From positions 51-64,050 of the forward strand of contig CBDUBV010000002.1 in NCBI GenBank assembly GCA_965365475.1: a DNA stretch of 64,000 nt. The letters are read 5' to 3'. The stretch is from an uncultured Chthoniobacteraceae bacterium. Lineage in GTDB: Bacteria; Verrucomicrobiota; Verrucomicrobiia; Chthoniobacterales; CAKUMP01. Positions 54,953-64,000 of the stretch are shown piece after piece (within the stretch, counting starts at the first letter, position 1; the number at the start of each line of letters is the position of its first letter). A program made the translations under genes and the position numbers. The notes beneath the pieces are model-generated. The model ran no database searches, had not been told where the DNA came from, and worked only from the letters and a program-made list of their open reading frames with translations.

Positions 54953-55813
54953 ATGAAAAAATCGTTTATATTCAGTTCGACCATGGCTCTATCATTGTTT
55001 GCGGCGGCAAGTCTGCATGCAGCACCATTGGTTAATTTCACGCTCAGTTTGGACACTGGAGTGGATCCGGGCAGCCAATACACCAACTTTTTCGCTGGTG
55101 GCTCTGGAAGCGCCTCGCGGTTCGCCATCGGCTTTCAATTAACCCTTCACACTGTGGATGGGGCACCGGTCAATATTGGACCAATCGCTGCTTTTTGCAG
55201 TGAGATTGCCGAGCCGATCGGCACGCAATCCTATACTTTTCAGGCAGCGCATCTCGCGGAGATAGCAGCGGGACAGGCAGGATTCAGTGCATCCGCAAGT
55301 GCCGGAATACCAGTTGGCGGTATTGGCGCATTGCGCGCAGCACGCGTGGCGTATCTTTTTGATAAGTATTATATCTCCGACAAACTCACCGCATGGAATT
55401 ACAGTAATACGAATCCGACCACGCATGCATTTCAGCTTGCGCTATGGGAGTTGACCCACGACACCGACATGAATCTATCCAATACCTCGGGATTTCTTTA
55501 TTTGGGGAACCAAGGTGGAAATGCGCTGCGGGAAGCTGGTGTGAACATTGCACAGAACATGCTGAATGATGTCAATGGCGCCAATCTCGATGAAAGTTAC
55601 GCTTCATCTAAGTTTAAAATCTGGGCTTTGGTGGACACGAACGGAGCCGGTACCACTGGTTGGCAGGATGTGGTGGTGGCAGTGCCGCTGGGCAGTGTGG
55701 AAGAGCAGCGGCTCAGCCCGCTCATGCCCGCTCCCGAGCCGACCACAGCCACGTTGTTCTTTCTCTCGGCAGGTGCTTTCCTGCTTGGCCATAGAGTTCG
55801 CAGGAAACCGTAG
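54953..55813 (+). CDS. PEP-CTERM sorting-domain secreted protein
   Basis: Signal peptide MKKSFIFSSTMALSLFAAASLHA. C-terminal PAPEPTTATLFFLSAGAFLLGHRVRRKP gives a PEP motif, a TM helix and a basic tail. Confidence 0.8.
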   Translation: MKKSFIFSSTMALSLFAAASLHAAPLVNFTLSLDTGVDPGSQYTNFFAGGSGSASRFAIGFQLTLHTVDGAPVNIGPIAAFCSEIAEPIGTQSYTFQAAHLAEIAAGQAGFSASASAGIPVGGIGALRAARVAYLFDKYYISDKLTAWNYSNTNPTTHAFQLALWELTHDTDMNLSNTSGFLYLGNQGGNALREAGVNIAQNMLNDVNGANLDESYASSKFKIWALVDTNGAGTTGWQDVVVAVPLGSVEEQRLSPLMPAPEPTTATLFFLSAGAFLLGHRVRRKP

Positions 55814-55833
55814 TGGGCGAATGAGGCAACTGA

Positions 55834-55871
55834 ACAGGCCTGTCTTCAATGAAAGACAGGCCTGTTTTCTT
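55834..55871 (+). terminator. rho-independent terminator
   Basis: ACAGGCCTGTCTT (55834-55846) pairs perfectly with AAGACAGGCCTGT (55853-55865), 13 bp, followed by TTTCTT. A second GC hairpin plus T-run follows at about 55881-55915. Confidence 0.8.
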
Positions 55872-55924
55872 ATATATCCTGCCCGCCGCTGTTACCGGGC
55901 GGGACATTTTCACTTTTTAGTGAC

Positions 55925-58210
55925 TCACAATCCGTAATCCCGTGAGTAATCCGAGCCGAGGCTTTTAGCGTATGGCACCGATACTCCAGATATTTCGCAG
56001 CCGGTCCTCGGGCCTTCGCCATCCGTGAAGCTTCGGTTGAGCATCATTTCCGAAATGACCCAACCTTTCGCAGCGATGTCACCGAGGGCCGCAGCCACAG
56101 CAGACATGATCTGTGTCGCGCCGCAACCGCTGCCTGCGAGCGGGCCCGTGGGATCGATCTCCACGCGGAATCGGTCCACATCCCGCTTCTCAAAATCGCA
56201 CATGGTCGGATAAATCTCCGTGCCCCGGCTTGTAATGCGAGTAAGATGAAATCCCCGGGCTTTGAGAATGGGTGCTAGCTCGGCTGCGCGCACGCGGTAG
56301 AATGCTTGTACAAGCTGGATGCTTGCACGGTCGAATGAGGTCAATTTTTCCACGGCATCCTGGAGTCTTGTCTGAAGCAATTGCGTGCTGAACCGCGCTG
56401 CAAATGCCGAACCGGTTTCGAGGTGGGATAGCGCATCGCCCAGACTGAGTTTGCCTGCCTGGGGGTCGGCCTCCATGTGCGCACTGAGCATCCGCGCGGC
56501 ATACTGCCCGAAGCTGCGAACGGATTGAATGCTGCCCGCCTTCCCCTCATCGAAAAGAGTCTTGATGTCGATCTCAGAGACACTTTCGAATTCGGCTGCA
56601 ACGAAGGGGTCAATTTCTGTGCCAGCCTCGTCCACTGTTCCATCTGGGGCAAATCGCACTTTCATTCCGGAATCGTCAACAAACAGATCGAACCCGATGA
56701 CTTTCGACTGAGCCCTTACAGGGTTCGGCGGAATGTTGCGGCACAGGTGGCTTTTCCAACTCGAGCTTCCCGTCTCCATGTCCCTGGCAAACTGCTCATA
56801 GGAGCGCAGAACCCGCACGAAAAGCGGCTTCACCTCGGGATCGGCACGGTTCACCGCGATTTGCTTGATCGTTTGTGAAGGATGCGCGGTTTTCAGCTCC
56901 TTGAGCCGGGCGATGTTGGAGACAATTTTATCTGCGAACTCCCGTGTGCCGAGTTTTTCCTTCCCTCGTGCTTCCTGATACGGACCTCGGCGGATGTCCC
57001 CCACGTACCAGCCCTCGGCAAGTACCCCCAGGACTGCGGTCTTGATCAATTCCGCCGCCAGGATGTTTTCATTGCCACCGATGTGAAGGAGCATCTCTGC
57101 GGCTGCATCGATCAACGCCACGGGATTTGCCTTGTTCTGCCCCGCGATATCATCCGCCGTGCCGCCCATGGTCTCAAACATGGAGACCGCATTCGGGTTG
57201 TTGGGATTGGTGTTGTTGCTACTCACCAAGCCCACACCGCCTGTCACCTTCGCCGCGATGTCGGAGCCGATATCTCCAAACATGTTCGTCGTGACAACCA
57301 CATCAAATGTCTGCGGCGCTGCAGCAATTGCGGCGAGACCATCGTCGATGATCATAAAATTGGCTTGAATGCCGCGTTCCCCCAGCATGTCCGCACTGTA
57401 GTCCTTGGCGACTTTTAAAAAGCTTTCCTTAAAGAGCCCGCCGGTGATTTTCAAAATATTGGGCTTCTCCAGCGCGGTGACTTTCTTGCGTCCGTCGCGC
57501 AATGCGGCTTCGAAAGCGGCGCGGCAGATCAGTTCGCACCCCTCCGGCGTTTGGTGCCGCAACGCCTGTGGATAGTTGCGCCCAAGTCGGTGCTCAATCG
57601 AAGCATAGAGGTCCTCGACATTTTCACGGACGAACAGGATGTCTGCTCCTGGAATCCCGGGCGCGATGGGATCGAGTGTCACGCACCGGCGGATGTTGGC
57701 ATACTGTTCGAAGGCCTTGCGGATGGTAACATTTCGGCTGGGTTCATCGCCTTCATCCAGCGTGCGAAGCGCTCCTTTTAACACCGCCGATGCACGAGCG
57801 GCGTCCAGCAGCGTCTGCTTTTCCAGGTCGGCAACCAATGTTTTGATGGCTCGTAACACCTCGGGCTGCAACTTCGATAGAAGTTTTTTGTAAAAGTCGT
57901 TGATGTCTCCTCCCGCTTGAGCCTCCTGCCGGGCTTCCTTTTCCATACGTGCAGCAACTGCTCCGGCATCCTCAGTTCCGAACTGACTCGCATAGACCTC
58001 CGGAGCGTGGGAATTAAGCAATGGAAAAAGCTGAGCCGCATCCGGGTAGCCGAGGCTGCCTTCTATGGTGTTCATCGGAATGCCCGTTGCAGCCAATACT
58101 CTCAAGGTGGCTTCGATGCACTCGGGCCCAATGCCTTGGCCTCTGACTAATAGAATAGTATTTCCCGACTTCAGTTTCTGATCTTGTGGTGCAATGGGCG
58201 ATGGACTCAT
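55925..58210 (-). CDS. isocitrate/isopropylmalate dehydrogenase-family protein with ~320-aa C-terminal extension of unknown function
   Basis: The first ~440 aa have VRGQGIGPE, KGALRT...PSRNVTIRK (compare E. coli Icd KGPLTTP...SLNVALR), NIRR, VRENVEDLY, and TNMFGDIGSD. The rest matched no family I recognise. Confidence 0.8.
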   Translation of the reverse strand: MSPSPIAPQDQKLKSGNTILLVRGQGIGPECIEATLRVLAATGIPMNTIEGSLGYPDAAQLFPLLNSHAPEVYASQFGTEDAGAVAARMEKEARQEAQAGGDINDFYKKLLSKLQPEVLRAIKTLVADLEKQTLLDAARASAVLKGALRTLDEGDEPSRNVTIRKAFEQYANIRRCVTLDPIAPGIPGADILFVRENVEDLYASIEHRLGRNYPQALRHQTPEGCELICRAAFEAALRDGRKKVTALEKPNILKITGGLFKESFLKVAKDYSADMLGERGIQANFMIIDDGLAAIAAAPQTFDVVVTTNMFGDIGSDIAAKVTGGVGLVSSNNTNPNNPNAVSMFETMGGTADDIAGQNKANPVALIDAAAEMLLHIGGNENILAAELIKTAVLGVLAEGWYVGDIRRGPYQEARGKEKLGTREFADKIVSNIARLKELKTAHPSQTIKQIAVNRADPEVKPLFVRVLRSYEQFARDMETGSSSWKSHLCRNIPPNPVRAQSKVIGFDLFVDDSGMKVRFAPDGTVDEAGTEIDPFVAAEFESVSEIDIKTLFDEGKAGSIQSVRSFGQYAARMLSAHMEADPQAGKLSLGDALSHLETGSAFAARFSTQLLQTRLQDAVEKLTSFDRASIQLVQAFYRVRAAELAPILKARGFHLTRITSRGTEIYPTMCDFEKRDVDRFRVEIDPTGPLAGSGCGATQIMSAVAAALGDIAAKGWVISEMMLNRSFTDGEGPRTGCEISGVSVPYAKSLGSDYSRDYGL

Positions 58211-58373
58211 AAAAATGTCACCCGATCAAACGAGCTTGGCGTTCATACACAGGTTTCTGCCCGCTGTAAATCGGGACTTCTCACTGACGCCAGCCGCTGA
58301 AGGCTGATCCGATGTTTTAGCTCCGTCTGGTGCATTTTTCACCTGCTCATCGCGGTTTTTTCTGGAGTGTAGC

Positions 58374-58402
58374 TTGACTGCGTGGGCAGCGGTCGCTATT
58401 CT
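58374..58402 (+). promoter_or_regulatory. candidate sigma-70 promoter for the glycolytic operon (TTGACT-17nt-TATTCT)
   Basis: TTGACT at 58374-58379, 17-nt spacer, TATTCT at 58397-58402, about 55 nt upstream of the gap ATG. Confidence 0.4.
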
Positions 58403-58446
58403 ACCGCCGTTTTCTCCCCGAACGGACCCAAAATAACACCTACTAA

Positions 58447-59460
<1,014 letters not shown>

Positions 59461-59472
59461 TTTCCATTTCCC

Positions 59473-60711
59473 GTGCCTAAAAAAAGCATCCGCGATACCG
59501 ATCTCTCCGGTAAGCGTGTCCTGGTGCGCGTTGATTTTAACGTGCCCCAGGACAAGGCTACTGGAGCCATCACCAATACGCAGCGCATCACTGCCGCGCT
59601 TCCCACGATCCGGTTTATTCTGGATCAAGGCGCGTCAGTTGTGCTGATGAGCCATCTAGGACGTCCCAACGGTGAGGTGACGCCCAAGTTCACTTTGCAA
59701 CCTGTGGCGGACAAGCTCAGCGAACTCCTTGCCAAGCCGGTTGAGTTTCTCTCCGACTGCGTGGGCAACGAAGTAGAGTCCCGCTGTGCTGCTCTCAAGC
59801 CCGGTGAGGTGGTGCTGCTGGAGAATCTGCGTTTCCATATCGAAGAGGAAGGCAAAGCCAAACTCGAGGACGGCTCGTCCAAAAAAGCAGACCCTGAAGC
59901 GGTGGCCGCATTTCGCGCGAGCCTTACCAAGCTCGGCGATGTGTATGTGAACGATGCATTCGGCACTGCACACCGTGCGCATTCCTCCGTGGTCGGAGTC
60001 GATTTACCGGAGAAGCTTGCCGGGTTCCTCATGCAGAAAGAGCTGGATGCTTTTGCCAAAGTGCTCGATGAGCCCGCGCGGCCTCTGCTCGCAATTCTCG
60101 GCGGCGCCAAGATAGCAGACAAGATTCCGCTTATTCGCAATCTGCTCGACATCGCGGACGAGATCATCATTGGCGGGGGCATGGCTTATACATTTAAAAA
60201 AGTCCTCGAAGGCATGGAGATTGGCGACAGTCTCTTCGATGAAGAGGGCGCAAAAATTGTTCAAGAACTGGCGGATAAAGCCAAAGAGCGCGGCGTGAAG
60301 CTGCACCTGCCCGTGGACTTTGTGTGCGCGGATGCCTTCGCACCCGATGCCAAAACGCAGATCACGGAGAACACCATTCCTGCCGGATGGATGGGACTGG
60401 ACGGCGGACCGAAATCGCGCGGCATATATCGTGAGGCGATCCTGCGCGCGAAAACAATCATTTGGAACGGGCCTTGCGGGGTGTTCGAGTTTGACGCGTT
60501 TGCTGAAGGCACCAAAGACATGGCACTCGCTGTGGCCGAGGCTACGGAGAACGGCGCGATTAGCGTAGTGGGCGGCGGCGACACGGCTACTGCTGCCAAG
60601 AAATTCGGAGTGGACGACAAGGTCACCCATTGCTCGACCGGCGGCGGTGCTTCGCTGGAATTGCTGGAAGGCAAAACTCTTCCCGGCGTGGCCGCGTTGT
60701 CAGAAAATTAA
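59473..60711 (+). CDS. pgk: phosphoglycerate kinase
   Basis: RVDFNVP, SHLGRP, GGGDTA motifs. GTG start. Confidence 0.95.
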   Translation: MPKKSIRDTDLSGKRVLVRVDFNVPQDKATGAITNTQRITAALPTIRFILDQGASVVLMSHLGRPNGEVTPKFTLQPVADKLSELLAKPVEFLSDCVGNEVESRCAALKPGEVVLLENLRFHIEEEGKAKLEDGSSKKADPEAVAAFRASLTKLGDVYVNDAFGTAHRAHSSVVGVDLPEKLAGFLMQKELDAFAKVLDEPARPLLAILGGAKIADKIPLIRNLLDIADEIIIGGGMAYTFKKVLEGMEIGDSLFDEEGAKIVQELADKAKERGVKLHLPVDFVCADAFAPDAKTQITENTIPAGWMGLDGGPKSRGIYREAILRAKTIIWNGPCGVFEFDAFAEGTKDMALAVAEATENGAISVVGGGDTATAAKKFGVDDKVTHCSTGGGASLELLEGKTLPGVAALSEN

Positions 60712-60723
60712 TCCTCTATTTAT

Positions 60724-61494
60724 ATGCGTAAAAAAATCATTGCAGCCAACTGGAAGATGAACATGACGCTCGCGGAAGCCGAATTGTTCCTCGCCAATTT
60801 CACACTTGAAGTTGGCGATTCCACCGACGTTGAGATGGTGATCGCTCCGCCTTTCACTGCCATCGCCAAAGTATCCGACCTCTTAAGTCGCAATCAAAAC
60901 ATCAAGCTTGGGGCGCAGAACATGCATCCCGCGACCAACGGTGCTTACACCGGCGAGATCAGCATCGGCATGTTGCGCGAACTCTATGTCCGCTATGTCA
61001 TTCTGGGCCATAGCGAACGACGCAGTATTTTTGGCGAAACGGACGCGTTCATTAATGAAAAAGTGAAAGCCGCCCTCGCAGGGCAACTCCGTCCGATTCT
61101 GTGCGTGGGCGAAACACTCGAACAACGCGATGCGAACGAGGTGGAATCCGTCCTGGAGCGACAGCTTACAGGCGGGCTTGCCGGGATCGATGCGGAACAC
61201 GTGCACGACGTGGTGATCGCGTATGAGCCTGTGTGGGCCATCGGCACGGGACGCACTGCGAGCCCTGAGCAGGCGCAGAGCGCACACGCCCACATTCGCA
61301 AAGTGCTGGGCACGATCGCAGGCGAGGCAGTCGCTGCCAAAATCCGCATTCAATATGGCGGAAGTGTGAAGCCTGACAACACCGAGGCACTCATGAGCCA
61401 GCCGGATATCGACGGTGCGCTCGTCGGTGGCGCGAGCCTCGATGCGCGCAGCTTCAGCGAGATCGTCAAGGCTACCGCTCGGCTTTTACAATAA
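60724..61494 (+). CDS. tpiA: triose-phosphate isomerase
   Basis: AANWKMN, GHSERR, AYEPVWAIGTG. Confidence 0.95.
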   Translation: MRKKIIAANWKMNMTLAEAELFLANFTLEVGDSTDVEMVIAPPFTAIAKVSDLLSRNQNIKLGAQNMHPATNGAYTGEISIGMLRELYVRYVILGHSERRSIFGETDAFINEKVKAALAGQLRPILCVGETLEQRDANEVESVLERQLTGGLAGIDAEHVHDVVIAYEPVWAIGTGRTASPEQAQSAHAHIRKVLGTIAGEAVAAKIRIQYGGSVKPDNTEALMSQPDIDGALVGGASLDARSFSEIVKATARLLQ

Positions 61495-61504
61495 CCCGAG
61501 AGCC

Positions 61505-63046
61505 ATGAGCGACCGTCAACCAGTCGTGCTCATCATCCGCGACGGATGGGGCATCAACCCCTCCGGCATCGATGGAGCTGAAAAAGATGGCAACGCCACG
61601 CTCCTGGCGCGCACTCCATTCCACGAACGATTGTATGCCGAATATCCCGGCTCGCACTTGAGTGCCAGCGGATTGGATGTCGGTCTGCCCGAAGGTCAGA
61701 TGGGCAACAGCGAAGTGGGCCACTTGAATCTCGGTGCCGGGCGTATTGTTTATCAGGACCTCACGCGCATTAATAAAGCGATTCTGGACGGCGAGTTCAC
61801 CAGCAACACCGTGTTGCAGGAAGCGTTTGCCAAAGCGGCTGGGGGTCGCCTGCATCTGCTCGGGCTGGTCTCCGATGGCGGCGTGCACAGCCATCAGGAC
61901 CATCTCATCGCACTGGTGAAAGCCGCGCATGCTGCGGGGGTGGGGGAGATTCTCATTCACGCGATCACTGACGGCCGGGACACGTCGCCTACGGGCGGAG
62001 CGGACTACATCACTCGCGTGAGCAAAGGCATCTCCGGCACGGGAGCGGTGATCGCCACAGCGATCGGACGCTACTTTGCCATGGATCGCGATCGGCGTTG
62101 GGAGCGCAACAAACTTGCGTGGGATGCCATCGTGCTGGGTCGTGGAACCGTCACGTCCGACTCCCCAGCAGCCGCGATTCGTGCACAATATGCCGAGGGT
62201 AAAACGGACGAATTCCTTCCGCCGTTGATCTTTTCAAATGCTGATGAGCAGCGAGTTCGCGACGGCGATGTGGTGTTGTTCTTTAACTTCCGAGCGGATC
62301 GCACGCGGCAGCTTTCCGAAGCCATCCTGCTCAATGATTTCGCAGGCTTCGATCGGGAGGTCACGCCGGTGGTGCACTACGTGACGCTTACGGAATATGA
62401 TCGCACGTACTCCAGCCCATGTGTTTTCCTGCCTGCAACGCTCGATAACATTCTGGGGAAAGTGGTGTCCGACGCCGGCTTGCGGCAACTGCGAATTGCC
62501 GAGACGGAGAAATACCCTCACGTCACGTATTTCTTCAATGGCGGTGTAGAGACGCCCTATCCTGGTGAAGAGCGGATCATCGTGCCATCGCCCAAAGTGG
62601 CCACCTACGATTTGCAACCAGAGATGAGTGCGGACCAGGTGACAAGTGAGCTGCTGCCGCGACTGCGGGAGTTCGATCTGGTGATATTGAATTTCGCGAA
62701 TCCGGATATGGTGGGGCATACCGGGGTGGTGGAAGCGGCTGTGCGAGCGGTGGAAAAGATCGATGAATGTGTGGGCAAAGTGGTGACCGAAGTGTTGCGG
62801 CTGGGCGGGAAAGCATTGGTCACTGCGGACCACGGGAACTGCGATCTCATGCGCAACGCGGATGGATCGCCAAACACAGCGCATACCACCAATCTAGTGC
62901 ATTTCATTTACGTGGCTGCCGATGCTGCGCAGCACGAGGTGCGGGATGGCATTCTGGCGGATGTGGCACCTACCATCCTCGCGCTGCTGGGCCTGCCGCA
63001 GCCGGAGGAGATGACCGGGATCAATCTGGTGCTGGCAAAAGGCTAA
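61505..63046 (+). CDS. gpmI: 2,3-bisphosphoglycerate-independent phosphoglycerate mutase
   Basis: VLIIRDGWG, NSEVGHLNLGAGR, DGGVHSH, ADHGN. ATG 61505 chosen within track ORF 61415..63046. Confidence 0.95.
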   Translation: MSDRQPVVLIIRDGWGINPSGIDGAEKDGNATLLARTPFHERLYAEYPGSHLSASGLDVGLPEGQMGNSEVGHLNLGAGRIVYQDLTRINKAILDGEFTSNTVLQEAFAKAAGGRLHLLGLVSDGGVHSHQDHLIALVKAAHAAGVGEILIHAITDGRDTSPTGGADYITRVSKGISGTGAVIATAIGRYFAMDRDRRWERNKLAWDAIVLGRGTVTSDSPAAAIRAQYAEGKTDEFLPPLIFSNADEQRVRDGDVVLFFNFRADRTRQLSEAILLNDFAGFDREVTPVVHYVTLTEYDRTYSSPCVFLPATLDNILGKVVSDAGLRQLRIAETEKYPHVTYFFNGGVETPYPGEERIIVPSPKVATYDLQPEMSADQVTSELLPRLREFDLVILNFANPDMVGHTGVVEAAVRAVEKIDECVGKVVTEVLRLGGKALVTADHGNCDLMRNADGSPNTAHTTNLVHFIYVAADAAQHEVRDGILADVAPTILALLGLPQPEEMTGINLVLAKG

Positions 63047-63100
63047 GGCACCGCGATGGTGAATTTGGTAGCCGAGAAGTGCAAAGCTCCCCGGGGAGCG

Positions 63101-63116
63101 GCGGTTTCGAAACCGC
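63101..63116. promoter_or_regulatory. perfect 16-nt palindrome GCGGTTTCGAAACCGC (candidate operator, or weak hairpin)
   Basis: The sequence is self-complementary over all 16 nt. It lies 55 nt after the gpmI stop and 36 nt before ATG 63152. No U-tract follows, so it is not a classical terminator. Confidence 0.3.
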
Positions 63117-63151
63117 AGCCACGCGTGGAATCACAGCCGATTAAGAAAAAT

Positions 63152-63316
63152 ATGAACACACAAAAATCCGCAGACATTGCATCGAAAGCACCTCGCAATT
63201 TTCTCGCCCGGCTTTTCGAGAAGCTGGACCATTCTCTGAAACAGAAAGCGGAGGAAAAAGCGAAGCAGAGCGGTTGTTGCAGCGGGGATAAAGGCAAGGG
63301 CGGCAAATGCTGCTGA
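63152..63316 (+). CDS. small Cys-rich protein (54 aa) ending [13 protein letters not shown]
   Basis: [54 protein letters not shown]. One amphipathic helix plus two CC pairs. Its stop overlaps the start of the following permease by 10 nt. Confidence 0.5.
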   Translation: MNTQKSADIASKAPRNFLARLFEKLDHSLKQKAEEKAKQSGCCSGDKGKGGKCC

Positions 63317-64000
63317 AGCTCACTGAGCTTGTAATCTACGGCTGGTTTGGTCTCGACGCGGACTCGCGCCTGGGCGGTGCGGTGCATTTTTTCGTTTACG
63401 ATTCCATCAAGATTTTTGCTCTGCTTGCGGTGATGATTTTCGCAATCGGAGTGGTGCGCACATGGATGCCGGAACAATCACTCCGGCAATGGATGGGGCG
63501 CGGTGGCATCGGTGCCAACATGATCGCTGCGCTCTTCGGTGCGATCACTCCGTTTTGCTCCTGCTCTTCCATTCCGATCTTTATCACGTTGCTGAAAGCC
63601 AATGTGCCGCTCGGTGTCACCTTTTCGTTTCTGATCACCTCGCCGATCATTAACGAGTATCTGGTCATCCTCATGGCGGGAGAGTTTGGTGTGCCGATCA
63701 CGCTGGCCTATGTCGCGAGTGGGTTGTGCATAGGCACTCTCGCGGGTGCGCTGCTCGGGCGTATGCGCCTGGAGCATCATCTGGAGCGCGATATTATTGA
63801 GTCGCACCAACAAGGGTTCGAGTCGGTGCAGCACACGTGGAAGTCGCGCATTCGCTTTGGCTGGAACGAAGCGATGGATGTGATCCGACAGATCTGGTTG
63901 TGGGTGCTTGTCGGAGTGGCTGCTGGCGCACTCATACACAACTATGTCCCGCAAGAGACCATCCATGGGCTCATGGATGCCACGGGCGTTTTCTCAGTGC
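63307..64000 (+). CDS. permease (DUF318/ArsP-like family), 3'-truncated by the window edge
   Basis: Hand translation from ATG 63307 gives [55 protein letters not shown]...[22 protein letters not shown]...[12 protein letters not shown]. It is multi-TM with the family's PFCSCSS motif. It is absent from the ORF track because no stop lies in the window. Confidence 0.8.
   Translation, partial: MLLKLTELVIYGWFGLDADSRLGGAVHFFVYDSIKIFALLAVMIFAIGVVRTWMPEQSLRQWMGRGGIGANMIAALFGAITPFCSCSSIPIFITLLKANVPLGVTFSFLITSPIINEYLVILMAGEFGVPITLAYVASGLCIGTLAGALLGRMRLEHHLERDIIESHQQGFESVQHTWKSRIRFGWNEAMDVIRQIWLWVLVGVAAGALIHNYVPQETIHGLMDATGVFSV

Overview
The window reads as a gene-dense, moderately GC-rich chromosomal segment from a Gram-negative bacterium. 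Nearly all of it is housekeeping and cell-envelope genes. The gene content (PEP-CTERM cargo, a TIGR04073-like protein, FabV, LPS-core genes, weak Shine-Dalgarno use) suggests a Verrucomicrobiota/PVC-type organism, but that is inference only. I support about 65 protein genes.

Gene content by function:
- Translation: ileS, prfA, prmC, rpmE, rpmF, fmt, typA.
- Glycolysis: a gap-pgk-tpiA-gpmI operon.
- Fatty-acid and lipid synthesis: plsX, fabH, fabV.
- LPS and glycan: lpxK, gmhA, two GT9 heptosyltransferase-like genes, GT2 genes, a GT26-GT4 fusion, an rmlD-like gene.
- Peptidoglycan: murA, an L,D-transpeptidase, a kinase-MurQ fusion.
- Iron and Fe-S: feoAB, iscA-hscB-hscA.
- Accessory modules: a few, listed below.

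I saw no rRNA, tRNA, CRISPR array, transposase, integrase or prophage genes.

Most notable observations:
1. A clear SAM-I riboswitch with promoter and terminator sits at 162-367. It precedes a threonine-synthase homologue and a GG-terminated MoaD/ThiS carrier. I read this as a protein-thiocarboxylate (MetM/MetO-like) route to homocysteine.
2. A near-consensus sigma-54 promoter precedes a PEP-CTERM protein gene.
3. An isocitrate-dehydrogenase-family protein carries an unexplained C-terminal extension of about 320 aa.
4. A radical-SAM plus DUF4130-UDG pair of unknown function is present.
5. A RES/Xre toxin-antitoxin pair is wedged directly after nadD.
6. An RsbU/RsbW-type partner-switching pair without a STAS partner is translationally chained to ileS-lspA.
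7. A small Cys-rich protein and a CSC-motif permease lie behind a perfect 16-nt palindrome at the right edge. The permease is missing from the ORF track because it runs off the window.
8. The gap upstream of the 5-formyl-THF cyclo-ligase gene is a candidate 6S RNA locus.

Many track ORFs are over-extended upstream, and many long antisense ORFs are GC-driven shadows. Starts were re-picked by hand. I did not find a compelling wholly novel multi-gene system. The items above are the best candidates for follow-up.
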